Source: Naegleria gruberi (taxonomy: Eukaryota). From it: DNA of 64,000 nt. The position numbers and the translations under genes were made by a program. A model generated the notes under the pieces. That model did not search any database, was not told the origin of the DNA, and worked only from the letters and a program-made list of their open reading frames with translations. The stretch lies in the NCBI GenBank assembly GCA_000004985.1, contig GG738923.1; one strand, written 5' to 3'. Of the stretch, positions 42,188-53,632 are shown one piece after another; positions within the stretch are counted from its first letter, which is position 1; every line of letters begins with the position of its first letter.

Positions 42188-44000
42188 ATGGTGCGCTCAT
42201 CATCTCTCATTGTGATGGCAATGATTCTCATCATTGCTACTGCCAATGTAATGTCTTTAACTCCAACTCCTGTGAGAAATGTTCCTGGCTTTGTTGGCGA
42301 TATTAAATTTGCTCAGTATGCTGGTTTTGTTCCAGTCAATGTTACTGCTCAAAGAAATTTATTCTACTGGTTTGTTGAATCACAAAATAATCCAAGCACT
42401 GATCCTGTTGTGTTGTGGTAAGTATTAGCATCAATATCATGCATTTTCAATAACTCACATTATATATTCATTGTCATCCAATGACTCTTTTGAATAATAA
42501 ACAGGATGAATGGTGGTCCTGGGTATGTTATATAGTAATTTGAAATGGAGTTTGGATAATTTAATTATTATTTTAATAGATGCTCATCATTGGGTAAGTA
42601 ATTTTGTTGAATTTTGTTGAATTTTAACATGATGATTAAATTCTAAAACTAACATTCTAAATTAAATAATAGATGGTTTTGTTACTGAACATGGTCCATT
42701 CCTTTTGAATGATGGACAAACACTTCGTGAAAATGAATATTCATGGAATAAGAGAGTTAACATGATTTATTTGGAATCACCATTTGAAGTTGGATACTCA
42801 TATTCTGTTCAAAAGGATTTAGTTTGGAATGATGTTAAATCTGCTGATGATGTTGTTAAATTCTTGCATACTTTCTTCTTTGAATTGTTCCCTCAATTTG
42901 CTAAGAATCCATTCTACATTGCTGCTGAATCATATGGTGGTCACTAGTAAGTTATCAATTATAATTGAACTATTTACCAATGAATCATTTTACTCAACCT
43001 TCAAATGAATGAATTGAATATGATAATTTTCACTTACATACAGTGGTCCAACAAGTGCTGTTGCTGTTTTACGTTCTGGATATCCATTCAATTTGAAGGG
43101 TTTCATTGTTGCCAATGGTATTATGGATGATCGTGAAGATACCAACTCTATTCCAATATTCATGTATCAACACTCTTTAATTTCCAAGTCTGCTTATGAT
43201 GAAGGTTTGGCCAAGTGTAGAGGTGATTTCTATGCCAATCAACAATTGCCAGAATGTGCTGATGTCATTTCTAATTATTATACCTCAATTGTTGGTATCA
43301 ATCCATATGATATCTATGATAAGTGTGTTGGAGATGTTGGTCCATTCGATGCTGCCACTTCTAACACTGATATTTTAAAGCAAAATGGATGGTTCAAGAC
43401 TTTGACTAAGAAGCAACCATATGACACAAAGATTCATCCACTTTTCACATTGAGTCAAAGAGTTGGTTCAGGTGGTAAGTTTTATTATACATTTTCATGA
43501 TAGCTCACAATTTTTCATCAATTTTTTTAACACTCACAGCTCCATGTTTGGCTTACAAACCACAAGAATATTGGTTCAATCTCCCACAAGTTAAGGCTGC
43601 TTTGAATGCTAACTCAATGCCAGCTGGTCACAAATGGCAAATGTGTAATGATGTTGTTAATGGAAATTACAATAGAACTTATTCTTCAATGATCCCATTC
43701 TATCAAGAATTACTTTCTAAGGGTATTAGAGGCCTCTTTGTCTCAGGAGATGTTGATTTGGCAGTTAATTCATTGGGTTCTCAAAACGGTATCTATGCCT
43801 TAATGAAAACAATGAATGGTTCCATTAAAACTCCATTCACTTCTTGGTCAACCAACAAGCAAGTCACTGGTTTCTATCAAATTTGGAGTGCAGGAAGTAC
43901 CACTTTAACATTCAAGACTGTTAAGGGAGCTGGTCACATGATCCCAATGAAGTATCCAGCATTATCTCAAAAAGCCTTTTATGATTTCGTTTTTGCTTAA
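42188..44000 (+). CDS. Serine carboxypeptidase (peptidase S10). Six exons including two micro-exons: 42188..42417, 42505..42522, 42580..42593, 42673..42946, 43044..43474, 43540..44000. 475 aa.
   Basis: Signal peptide. The spliced product reads ...DPVVLW|MNGGPG|CSSL|DGFVTEHGPF... (S10 motif WLNGGPGCSS). Catalytic Ser in AAESYGGHY (split across intron 4 as ...GGH|Y). GFIVANGIMDD. Catalytic His in GAGHMIPM. All splice junctions are GTAAGT/GTATGT...AG and phase-consistent with ORF-track frames. Confidence 0.85.
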
Positions 44001-44144
44001 TCAGCTTAATTTATTAGATAAAAAAAGTAATTTTAAATTTTCACTCAATATTATTGAATTTTATATTTTAATACATGTAAGACAAAATCAAAATAATAAA
44101 ACATTTCATTTGAAATTTTTCAAAAAACTTTAAAAATTAAAAAA

Positions 44145-45305
44145 ATGATAAACTCACAAAATTCTCATCATCAACAACACAACAAGAATCTTCCTTCATC
44201 CTCTTCTTTAAAATTTCCAATTCAACTACCGAGTAGTTATACAACAGCACCCGAATGGGCTGTAGGATTAGAGGAAAAACCAAAATATTCCTATCATTTA
44301 CAAGTGATCAAGGAAGGCGAATTACAACCCGAAACAATCGACATTTCAAAACAAGGCTTTTATGTGTTTGGTAAACAAGAAGATTTAAGTCATATTGTCT
44401 GTGAGAATATTACAATATCTAGACAGCATTGTATTATTCAACATGCAAAGAACGGAAGAGTTTATTTATATGATTTAGCGAGTGCTAATGGAACATTTTG
44501 GAATAACAAAAAACATCAATGTAAAGCTCGGAAATATATTCCTCTGTGGCTTGGAAATTCATTCATGATAGCAATGAGTACACGATCATATGTATTAAGT
44601 GTTGGAGAGGAAGATGAGGAAGCAGTAAGAAAATTGGAAGATGAATTGAAGAGAAAGAAAACATCATTGGAATTGGAGGAAATTAAAAAGAAAAAAGCAG
44701 AAAAGAGAAAGAAAAGCTATGATAGTGATGGTGAAGAAATTGTGGAAGATAAAATACCAGAAGATTATGATGCCAATGAAGACAATAGAAATAAGAGACT
44801 GAGAATTGAAGATCAATTGACAAGTGAAATGTATGAATTTGATGATAGAGAATTTTATAATTCATCTAAAAAGACAGAAGATAATACCATTTCAATAATT
44901 GATACTAAACCTACTGATATGCAGGGATTATTGGATAAACAAGAACAAATCAAGCTTCAATTGGTTGGTTTAAGAAAAGAATTAGATAAGGAAATTGAAA
45001 TGTTAGAACAACAGAAGAATTCTTCAGTTGAAGATGAAGAGGAAGATGAACTAGAAAAATACATGGCTACTATCAAGACCAGTCTCATTACACAAAATAC
45101 TGAGAAGAAGAATAAGATTGAAGAAGAAATTAAGAAACTGGAGGATGAATTGGTTCAGGTTCAAGATCTCATTTCTAAAACAAAACCTGTGGCAGACAAG
45201 AAGCAAAATAAGAAACAAGCACAAGATGCTGAAATAATGAGAGATCGTCTCACTAGGGATATGTTTATTCAACAACAAAAACCTGCCATGAATAGTTCAG
45301 AGTAA
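44145..45305 (+). CDS. FHA-domain protein (NIPP1/SNIP1-like) with an acidic coiled-coil C-terminal half.
   Basis: FYVFGKQEDLSHIVCENITISRQHCIIQHAKNGRVYLYDLASANGTFWNNKK...SFMIAMSTRSYVL matches the FHA core of NIPP1 (YLFGRN.DLCDF.IDH.SCSRVHAALVYH...FLIDLNSTHGTFLG...SFGASTRAYTL). Followed by an E/K-rich heptad region. Confidence 0.7.
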   Translation: MINSQNSHHQQHNKNLPSSSSLKFPIQLPSSYTTAPEWAVGLEEKPKYSYHLQVIKEGELQPETIDISKQGFYVFGKQEDLSHIVCENITISRQHCIIQHAKNGRVYLYDLASANGTFWNNKKHQCKARKYIPLWLGNSFMIAMSTRSYVLSVGEEDEEAVRKLEDELKRKKTSLELEEIKKKKAEKRKKSYDSDGEEIVEDKIPEDYDANEDNRNKRLRIEDQLTSEMYEFDDREFYNSSKKTEDNTISIIDTKPTDMQGLLDKQEQIKLQLVGLRKELDKEIEMLEQQKNSSVEDEEEDELEKYMATIKTSLITQNTEKKNKIEEEIKKLEDELVQVQDLISKTKPVADKKQNKKQAQDAEIMRDRLTRDMFIQQQKPAMNSSE

Positions 45306-45435
45306 TACATGATAATTCTTTTTTGACAATGTGGTTGAAGATTTTACATTAAATTCCTCATCATTCCATTTGATAGAAACCAAATAGCTTTTCAGATTTG
45401 AAGAATAGTCATGACCTTCTCTTATCACACAAAAA

Positions 45436-46500
45436 ATGCAACAACGCATATCAGGAGATCTCATCACAGTTATCATTCAATTTCTTCCGATAGATGATCG
45501 TTTTAGATTTTGTAGAATTAACACAACATGGTTTGGAGCTATTCAAAGTTTACAAAATATGTGGAAAGATGTTTTAATTAATTTCTTACATATTGATCGA
45601 ATTTATTGTGGAGGATTGAATGAATGCATGGAGGAATATAAAAAATCTTCAGTTGAGTGTTGTGAAGAAGATTGGATGAAACTGGCTCAGCACGAATTTT
45701 CTAGACTTCCTAGGAAGATTCAAAGTGGATCCAAAACTCTTGACTCATCCCACTATGGAAATGTTAATCTGGTCAGGAATTGGACGTCACCATTTTCTCT
45801 AGATACTGGAAACAAATTTGTAATTAATTTTCCTGAATCTATTTCATATTATGAATTTTCTTACGATTTGAGGAAGGAAACAGGAAAGTCCAATAAGAAA
45901 TTAACCAATATATATACAACTTGTTTAGTGTATGAATTGTTAACATTGGGTGATTATGTTCCAAATATTGCTCAAGATTTAGTCAAGGTCTTTCCGTGGA
46001 TGAGCAATGTTAGTTTGCATAATTTTGTTAGGCCTATTTCGTTTGCTTCTGTATTATTGTGCACTTTACAAAATGATAACAGAGATAAATTTCAAACATT
46101 AGTTGAAAAAGAGGTGATGGATACCATACTTCCCAATGATATTATTTATGAAAGAGGACGTAATACAATTATTCGCTCATCAGATATTACTCCTGGTTTG
46201 GTATTGGATAGCTTAAAAACTCAGGGATTATCAAGCATTGAATTTGGTCCAAATATTGATATACCAAGTTGTGAGTGGCTACCACTCTTCAAAACTTTTA
46301 CAAATGGATTGGAAATTGAAAAAAATCATAAAGCAAGATTGAACCTTGCTTCAACATTCCTATTTTCATTGTACTATCAAGATGAAAACTCAATTCTCTC
46401 AGGACGCCAAAGCTGTGATGAGCTTACAGTGTTTTTTAACATTGAACCAAATGGAAGAGTTGTAAAACTTGTGAGAAGTGAATCTAGGGAATATTATTAA
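45436..46500 (+). CDS. F-box-like domain protein (otherwise unknown).
   Basis: N-terminus GDLITVIIQFLPIDDRFRFCRINTTWFGAIQSLQNMWKDV (F-box-like LP.E....I...L......R...V...W). Rest unrecognised. Confidence 0.5.
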   Translation: MQQRISGDLITVIIQFLPIDDRFRFCRINTTWFGAIQSLQNMWKDVLINFLHIDRIYCGGLNECMEEYKKSSVECCEEDWMKLAQHEFSRLPRKIQSGSKTLDSSHYGNVNLVRNWTSPFSLDTGNKFVINFPESISYYEFSYDLRKETGKSNKKLTNIYTTCLVYELLTLGDYVPNIAQDLVKVFPWMSNVSLHNFVRPISFASVLLCTLQNDNRDKFQTLVEKEVMDTILPNDIIYERGRNTIIRSSDITPGLVLDSLKTQGLSSIEFGPNIDIPSCEWLPLFKTFTNGLEIEKNHKARLNLASTFLFSLYYQDENSILSGRQSCDELTVFFNIEPNGRVVKLVRSESREYY

Positions 46501-46530
46501 ATATTTCTCTCAAATGAAATTGAAAGGTTT

Positions 46531-48039
46531 TTATTCGTAGACCCAAGTAACAAATTTAGTAGAGGCTTTGACATTGAAATTGAAACTCCATCCTGAAGGG
46601 ATGTAAATACAATCATTTGTTTTGATTTCAGTTTCTGTATCTTCTCCAGATGGTGAACTTAATTGAACCAATTGAGAATATTGTGATGTATCTGCTATCA
46701 TACAGACAGTAAACTTGTTAGAATTTTCTTTTCTTCCAACTCTTATCAATTGATCCTTCTTTGGATTAGCAAACCAAATTTCTGAGTTGACTGTCTTTAA
46801 AGTTGAAAATTGGTCCAAGCTTATTGGGAAATCATATTCGAATTCGTGTTCCTTCAGGTTTGGAGTAAAAGGAACTCTATAAACTGAGGAAGGTAATTTG
46901 TCCATGTTAACCAATGTAATTGATACTCCTTTCCTTTTGATATATTTTGAAAGTTGTTTCTTCATCTTGTTGAGTTTCCTAATGAATTCCTTATTGGAGG
47001 TAAATTCCTTCTTCCATGTTGAGGAGGAAATCCACTTGTTACTATACTTCTTCAAAACAATTGGTTTTGATTGACTCAGATAGTTTTCAAAGTTTTCCCT
47101 ATATTTCTCAGGAGAAAGTGTTAAAACCAACTCAGCTGGTGGTACAACTGTTTGTGAAGCAGTAGAATCACCACCTTGGGAACGAGAAAAGACGCTCGTA
47201 ATCCTTTCCCATAAAGAAGGACCTGAAGATGGTGCCTCCTGTTTTTGTACTTCTGGTGACGCTATCTTTCCTTCTTGTGGTGTTCCTTCGTTTCTAATAA
47301 TTGGGGGCACATTAACTGATGACGAATTGAACATTGGAACAACAAACATGACCAACAATGCAATCAGTGATAAAACCAACAAGATAATCAAAGAATACTT
47401 AATGATTGGTGAACTTGTCCATACTCGTATGTGATTAATAAATCTTCTAATTAGTCTTCCCAATTTTGAGTTAGCAAATTTGGTTTTTCCTTCCATAGCT
47501 GGTTTAGCTATTGGTGAATCATCAACATTGTCTTTTCTATTAATCACACCACTGGAACTAGCAGTTGAATTCGATTGACCAAACAAATCCAAATTTCTGT
47601 TTAAATCTATTTTAGGTAATGTTTTTTCCAAATCACGATGATTATCAACTACTTCAAACCCATTATTCTCATCAAAAACATTACTATTTGATGTTGTTGA
47701 ATTTGTATGACTTGTTGTATCATTATTTGATGCAATATTTGATGTAGCAAGTGATGAAGTTGTTGCCTTTGATTTAACTAATTGAAAGACACTTGATTTA
47801 CCACTAGTTGTCGATGTATTATTGTTCCTTCGAGTTCTAACAGTTGCATTGGCTGATGTTGGGCTGAGTAATGAAGCATCCAATGATGATGCATTCTTCT
47901 TTGTTGTAACAGATTCGGAAACATTTGATGCTTCATTATTTGATGATGAAGAAGAAGGAGAAGATGATGTGGTTACAGTACCATTTGTTGTTGTTTGTTT
48001 TGGCTCTTCCATGTCTAATTCGAAACTCTGGGCAGCCAT
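46531..48039 (-). CDS. Single-pass membrane protein with a Ser/Thr/Asn-rich N-terminal half and an unknown 250-aa C-terminal domain.
   Basis: 502-aa ORF. TM segment IIKYSLIILLVLSLIALLVMFVVPMF. C-terminal region non-repetitive (…CIYIPSGWSFNFNVKASTKFVTWVYE). Confidence 0.5.
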   Translation of the reverse strand: MAAQSFELDMEEPKQTTTNGTVTTSSSPSSSSSNNEASNVSESVTTKKNASSLDASLLSPTSANATVRTRRNNNTSTTSGKSSVFQLVKSKATTSSLATSNIASNNDTTSHTNSTTSNSNVFDENNGFEVVDNHRDLEKTLPKIDLNRNLDLFGQSNSTASSSGVINRKDNVDDSPIAKPAMEGKTKFANSKLGRLIRRFINHIRVWTSSPIIKYSLIILLVLSLIALLVMFVVPMFNSSSVNVPPIIRNEGTPQEGKIASPEVQKQEAPSSGPSLWERITSVFSRSQGGDSTASQTVVPPAELVLTLSPEKYRENFENYLSQSKPIVLKKYSNKWISSSTWKKEFTSNKEFIRKLNKMKKQLSKYIKRKGVSITLVNMDKLPSSVYRVPFTPNLKEHEFEYDFPISLDQFSTLKTVNSEIWFANPKKDQLIRVGRKENSNKFTVCMIADTSQYSQLVQLSSPSGEDTETEIKTNDCIYIPSGWSFNFNVKASTKFVTWVYE

Positions 48040-48749
48040 ATTATTAATTCAAAGATTTTAAAAATCCACAATGATGAAAGGCAACCAATTATTCGCTTCT
48101 GCAATATCTATTATTGTGTGTTCTTTTTTTTACGAAGGTAATGCAGCACGAATCAATCGAAAATATTCGAAACAACAAAATGCTGAGGTGGAATGTTACG
48201 TAGTTTCGTCCCTTTTCACAATCAAATGAGCGGTCTTTTCAAAAGGACAATTGAGTCACTGAATACTTGTCGTCCAATCCAAAAAACTTCTAATGGATAG
48301 TAAAATGATGTTAACTTTCAAAATTTCTGAATTATTGTTTAAAGAGTTCCAATGAATGGGTTGTTGTCGTGTTGCATACAAAGTTTCAATTTGAAAAAAG
48401 CCTCTTCAACAATGCAGCACTTCAAATCGATCTATTTTTTTTTGATTGTATGAAAGCGCGCCTTTCCCAATCATCAAAGCTTCCCGATTAGGTTTGTTGT
48501 AAGGAGAGAGCGAATTAGAGTTCATCTGTGTGTAATAGAGTACTTTTCGAAACAATATTATCATCATCATAATGATAATGATAATAATTGGTGTGGTGTT
48601 AGAGAGTACTTTTTAGTTACTTGAAATTTATTGTTCATCCTAATATCTGTAGATTGAGAATCTTTGCTCTTTCGATTGGTTGTGTGAGATTTCGAATAGT
48701 TTGGAGGGAAAATTGGGGTTACGATAGGAAGTTTAATGAGGGGAAATTC

Positions 48750-50421
48750 TCATCTCTTTAAGCATACTGTAATTTTCTGTTTGATAATATTAAAAAAGAG
48801 TGTGAAAAGTAAAATGGCAGATAATGCAATCATTATAAATCCAAATGATTTGAATTGGTAAATTGCATTCAGAGCTAAAACTTCTTTTCCAACTAGAAAT
48901 TGGACGAATACTTGGAATAAATTAGCCAATGCAGAGTTGAATGAAAAGATGGCTGCAAATCTGGTCAATTTGAGACCTTTTGCAATTTGTGAAAATGCCA
49001 AAACGTATAAAAATTCAAATAAGCAATGATAAATGACAAATAACAAGTAGGCAAGAAATATTGGGCATTTCCCATTCCAACTCATTACTAATAGACAAAA
49101 TCCACAAATAAAGCATAAACTAATTGCCATTAGTTTGCCTTTCCATGATTTGATCCATTTTCCTAATCTGGATGGAATCATTGTAATGAGACTTGCACAT
49201 GCATAGGCAACTGCTGTAAGAACACCATTGAAAGTCATGTCCTTGTTGAGTGTTTTGAAGAATGCTTGATAATAGGAGAGTGCTAACATGTGAACTGCTA
49301 TTCCAATAATACAGTAAATACTCCAAAATACAACTGAATAATCATCCGTATAGCATTTCTTAACTTCCATTACAAAATTGAAAGCTCTTTTGAAGAGATT
49401 AATGAAAAATTCTTTGATTTTCAATCCAATTGAATGACATTTTGAATGTTCATGTTCAGATTCTAACCCCAACTCATCCACAATTGAAATTAATTCATCC
49501 TCAGGTGTTCTACTTTCGTCAGAGTGGAATTTTGATTCTTTTGGTTGTTCTGACATGGATCTGACATAATTCTTTGGTGATGGAAAGTGAAATACTGAAG
49601 TGTACAAACATGGAATTGTACATGCAAACCCAATGTAATATAAAACATGAATTGGGACACCTAGATAGAACAGAGTTTGACCAACGATAGCTCCCAATAC
49701 TTGACCCAATAGGATACATGTTCTTGACATACTTGTCTATTTAATATTATATTATACTCAATATTGAAATAATTTCCAGAAAACTTACTAAGAATTGATA
49801 AGAAGATGGCTCACTTGAGTGATAAATCAATGCCAAATAAGTTTGATCAGTAGAGTATAATACAGCAAGTACAATCTCTGAAACCTGTAACATCCAAACT
49901 AAATCTATGCTACTGAAATATTCAATAAACATTGTTGAAATTAAACACAAAATTCCAAATGTTAAAATCCACTTGTGGCCCAACCATTTCTGTTCAGACA
50001 TGATACCAACAAGTAATTGCACAACTGGCATTGAATAAGTCCATATTGGAAAAATGTCAAAGAGTACTGCTTTTAAAGTAATCCCTTTGGAAAGTAAAAA
50101 TTCAACAAGGAATGGTTGTTGTGGATGTACGGTTCGGAAGAATGAATAGATGGCAAATGGTAAAATAATTCGAAGAGAGAGTGATGATGGTAATTTCTTT
50201 GTCTTTTTCTTGAGAGATGAAGATGTATAGAGTGGTGAATTCAAGAGGAGAAGATCTTCTTCGGAATTGTTATTAACTGAAGTCATGTCATGAGAGAATG
50301 AAGAAGAATAGGTGTGTAATTTGAATGATGATAATTTTTTCAGATTTTTCAAGTTGCTGACGTTAGTGTTAAACATTGATTCGACCATTCCAAAAAGAAA
50401 CTGTGAAAATATTTGACACAC
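48750..50421 (-). CDS. SLC19 family transporter (reduced folate carrier / thiamine transporter-like, MFS). Two exons: 49789..50421 and 48750..49736; intron 49737..49788. 539 aa.
   Basis: Exon 1 ends ...SSYQFL at GTAAGT. The 52-nt intron ends AAATAG. Exon 2 begins TSMSRTCILLGQVLGAIVGQTL... The joined sequence (FPIWTYSMPVVQLLVG...EIVLAVLYSTDQTYLALIYHSSEPSSYQFLTSMSRTCILLGQVLGAIVGQTLFYLGVPIHVLYYIGFA) is colinear with RFC/ThTr1 (TPVLSYSYLAVLVPVFLLTDYLRY...ELFYSVTMAARIAYSSYIFSLV.P.RYQR.AGYSRAA.LLGVF.SSVLGQ.LV). Confidence 0.8.
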
Positions 50422-50455
50422 CTAATTACAATATAAATTACAATGGTTTTTTAAT

Positions 50456-51845
50456 TTAAGCATAATAATTCAAAGCAACCTTCTTCTTGGCTTGGACAGC
50501 AGCAACACCTTCCATAAAATCTTCATGCATAACTTGGGTGGCATCTCTCCTCAAAGCAATCATACCAGCTTCAACACAAACGGCCTTCATTTGAGCACCA
50601 TTAAAGTCTTCACAACAACGAGAAATTTCTTCCCAGTTAACATCTTCATGAACTGTCATTCTCTTTGAGTGAATCTTCAAAATTTGTACACGTCCCTTTT
50701 CGTCAGGAAGAGGGAATTCAATCTTACGATCGATACGACCTGATCTCAATAAAGCAGGATCCAAAATATCGATACGGTTAGTAGCAGCAATAACCTTAAC
50801 TCGAGTATCTTGTGAGAAACCATCCATTTGATTCAACAATTCAAGCATAGTTCTTTGTACTTCTCTGTCACCTGACTTGTCAGAACCGAATCTCTTTGTA
50901 CCAATAGCATCCAATTCGTCAATAAAGATAATAGCTGGAGCTTTTTCTCTAGCCAATGCAAAAGCATCACGAACCAATTTAGCACCATCTCCGATAAACA
51001 TTTGGACCAATTGAGGACCAGCCAATTTCAAGAATGTAGCTTTAGTTTGAGCAGCACAAGCACGAGCCAAGAGAGTTTTACCTGTACCTGGTGGACCATA
51101 GAGCAACACTACAAAGTTTTTAACAACAATGATTACTTAATCAAAATTACTTACCTCCTTTTGGTGGTGAAATACCAATTTTTGTGAATCTATCAGCTTG
51201 ATTCATAGGTAATACAATAGCTTCATACATTTCCTTGATTTGGGCAGCACATCCACCAATATCACTATAATCTTCCTTTGGCTTTTCATCAACTTCCATA
51301 GCCTTGACACGAGAGTCATATTCAGAAGGAAGTTTTTCCAATACTAAGAAACTATCCTTGTTGACACCAACTAATTCACCTGGTTTAAGATCTTCGGAAT
51401 CAACCAATCCTATAACTGGCAAATAAATAGTTTGTCTTGTACTAGTTTTTATGACTGCTGATTTACCCTTTCTTTCTTCATCAAGATCAACACTCGATCC
51501 GTCTTGTATAATTTCTTCATTTTCATCAGTTTCCAAAATCTAGAAAACAAATCAATAACAATATTAATTAATCCGGATTCTTGTTAATCCACTTACCTCT
51601 ACCACAGTAGCGACGAGATATGGTAATTGTTTGTTAAGTTTAATCTTTTCTACATTTTCCTTTATCTTTTCTTTCATTGTATTTTCCTCATATTGAATAC
51701 GCTTTTTCTCATTCCTAAAAACGTGGATTTCATTATCGATCAGTCTTGATCTGTGTTCAATTTCATCGGTGCTAGCACAAGCAATGTCTTCTCCAAAAGT
51801 TTCTAAAACTTCGTCCTTGGTCCACTTCTTTTGTGATGATTGCAT
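50456..51845 (-). CDS. psmC3: 26S proteasome regulatory subunit 6A (Rpt5 / PSMC3 / TBP-1). Three exons: 51597..51845, 51155..51539, 50456..51108. 428 aa.
   Basis: Near-identical to PSMC3 over the AAA domain ([73 protein letters not shown]...[17 protein letters not shown]...[38 protein letters not shown]...[28 protein letters not shown]...HED.MEG...VQAKKK..L.YYA) and the N-terminal coiled-coil/OB region. Introns of 57 and 46 nt (GTAAGT...TAG), with phases checked against the three ORF-track segments. Confidence 0.9.
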
Positions 51846-52168
51846 TTTTTATCTTTTGTTTGATGTATTTCTTTGTATGCTGGTAAGAGTTTAAAAATAA
51901 CTACTTGTTCCTGTGCAGAAAAAATTCCATCCATCTAAAAATAAAAATCAAATATTAAGAAGAGATTAATGGAAGAACATCCAAAGTGTTATTAATGTAG
52001 TAAGGTGAAAGATTGGAGGATTTTGAAGAATAAAATCTAATACAATGAGGAATGATGAAAACAAGCAAAAGAATCATAAATATGTTGTAAGCACATTGAT
52101 CAAGTAACACGTTTTGAAAAGACTGAATCTATATTTATTAAACGTGATGAAGAATAATAATCAAAAAA

Positions 52169-53335
52169 ATGATTAATAACCAACAACAAATCAAACACGA
52201 AGAATTGCAACAAGCTATGAAGAATTTAGATTCAGTTATTCAGTCATGGAATTATGACATGACAAAACGAGAGAAGGAATTCCAAGAATTAAAAGAAGTG
52301 TCAACAAAATACCAGTTCGGAGAAGGTGAAATAATCAAATTAAATATTGGAGGAAAGAAATTTAATGTGATGAAGGAAACACTCAGCCAGAAAATAATCA
52401 GAATAGATTATGACAGTGAGGAGGATGGTGAGGATGAAGAAAAAAAGTATTATCCTCCACATTTATTTTCTGCACTTGTTTCTGGCATGCACAATCTCAC
52501 AAAAGACGAATCAGATTACATATTTATTGATAGGTAAGTTTACATTGGAATATAGTGTCTAATTTTAAATAGGGATGGAAGATTCTTTCCTTATGTATTG
52601 AATTATTTGAGATCTGGAGGGTTTTTGAATTGTTTTGTTTTACCATCTGACAAACACATTTTGGAATGCCTTTATGTGGAGGCTAGATACTACAACATGC
52701 AGGGATTAGTGGAGTTGATTGAGCGTACAGTTACTGGAATTGCTAAATTGTACCCAGAAAGTCCTCAATTATCCAGAAAGAAATTTGAAAGCAAAATACT
52801 GTCTGATACTCAATCTAAGAGATTATATACCGAGATTTTGGAAGGTATTGAAAAGGGAATTCCACGACTTTTATTCAGAGCATCTGAAAATGGATTTACA
52901 GGATCTGATTTCCATTCCAAATGTGATGCTAAAGGAAGAACTGTAACCATTATCAAATCAACAAATGGTGCAATATTTGGAGGTTATGCAGCAACAAGTT
53001 GGACCAGTAACTCTTCTTATTGTTTTGATAGTAATTGTTTTCTGTTTAGTATTATTTCTGGAAGTGGTGAGGAAAGATTTACAAAAATGAAAAACGATGG
53101 AATTCACCATTCAAACACTTATTCTATTTATTGTAACCCTAACCAAGGTCCTTCATTTGGAGGAGGACACGACATTTGTATCTCAAACAATCCAAAAGCA
53201 CAAGAAAATTACAGCAATCTTGGTCATTCCTTTTCTCTTACAGGCCAAACTTATGGAACAGCAACAATTAAGAGCTATCTTGCTGGTGCTTACAATTTCA
53301 GTGTTGAGGATTATGAAGTGTTTGCTCTTCAATAA
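52169..53335 (+). CDS. BTB/POZ (KCTD-type tetramerisation) + TLDc domain protein. Two exons: 52169..52533 and 52573..53335; intron 52534..52572.
   Basis: IKLNIGGKKFNVMKETLSQ...YIFIDR|DGRFFPYVLNYLRSGG (T1/BTB of KCTD type), joined across a GTAAGT...AAATAG intron. C-terminal TLDc (LLFRASENGFTGSDFHSKCDAKGRTVTIIKSTNGAIFGGYAATSW...FLFSI...DYEVFAL). Confidence 0.75.
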
Positions 53336-53632
53336 ATTGGAGGGAATTAATTATAAATATAAACAAGAAAATATTGTAAAAAGGGCGAAAATACTTTACA
53401 AAAAAATTATACAAAAATCATCTAATGCAGTACCTTATCTTTTGCTCATAAATAGAACTCTTTTACCTCAATATTTATTGATTGACATTAATAATTCAAT
53501 TTTTGTAGAAGGAGCGAATTCGCACAGTGTGCCATTCGAATCTCTATCGAACATTACAAAAATAGGTTCTGCGGGGTAATGGAAAACTGTTAAAAACAGC
53601 AAGTCCCCTTTATCAATTGCCAAATCAACAAG

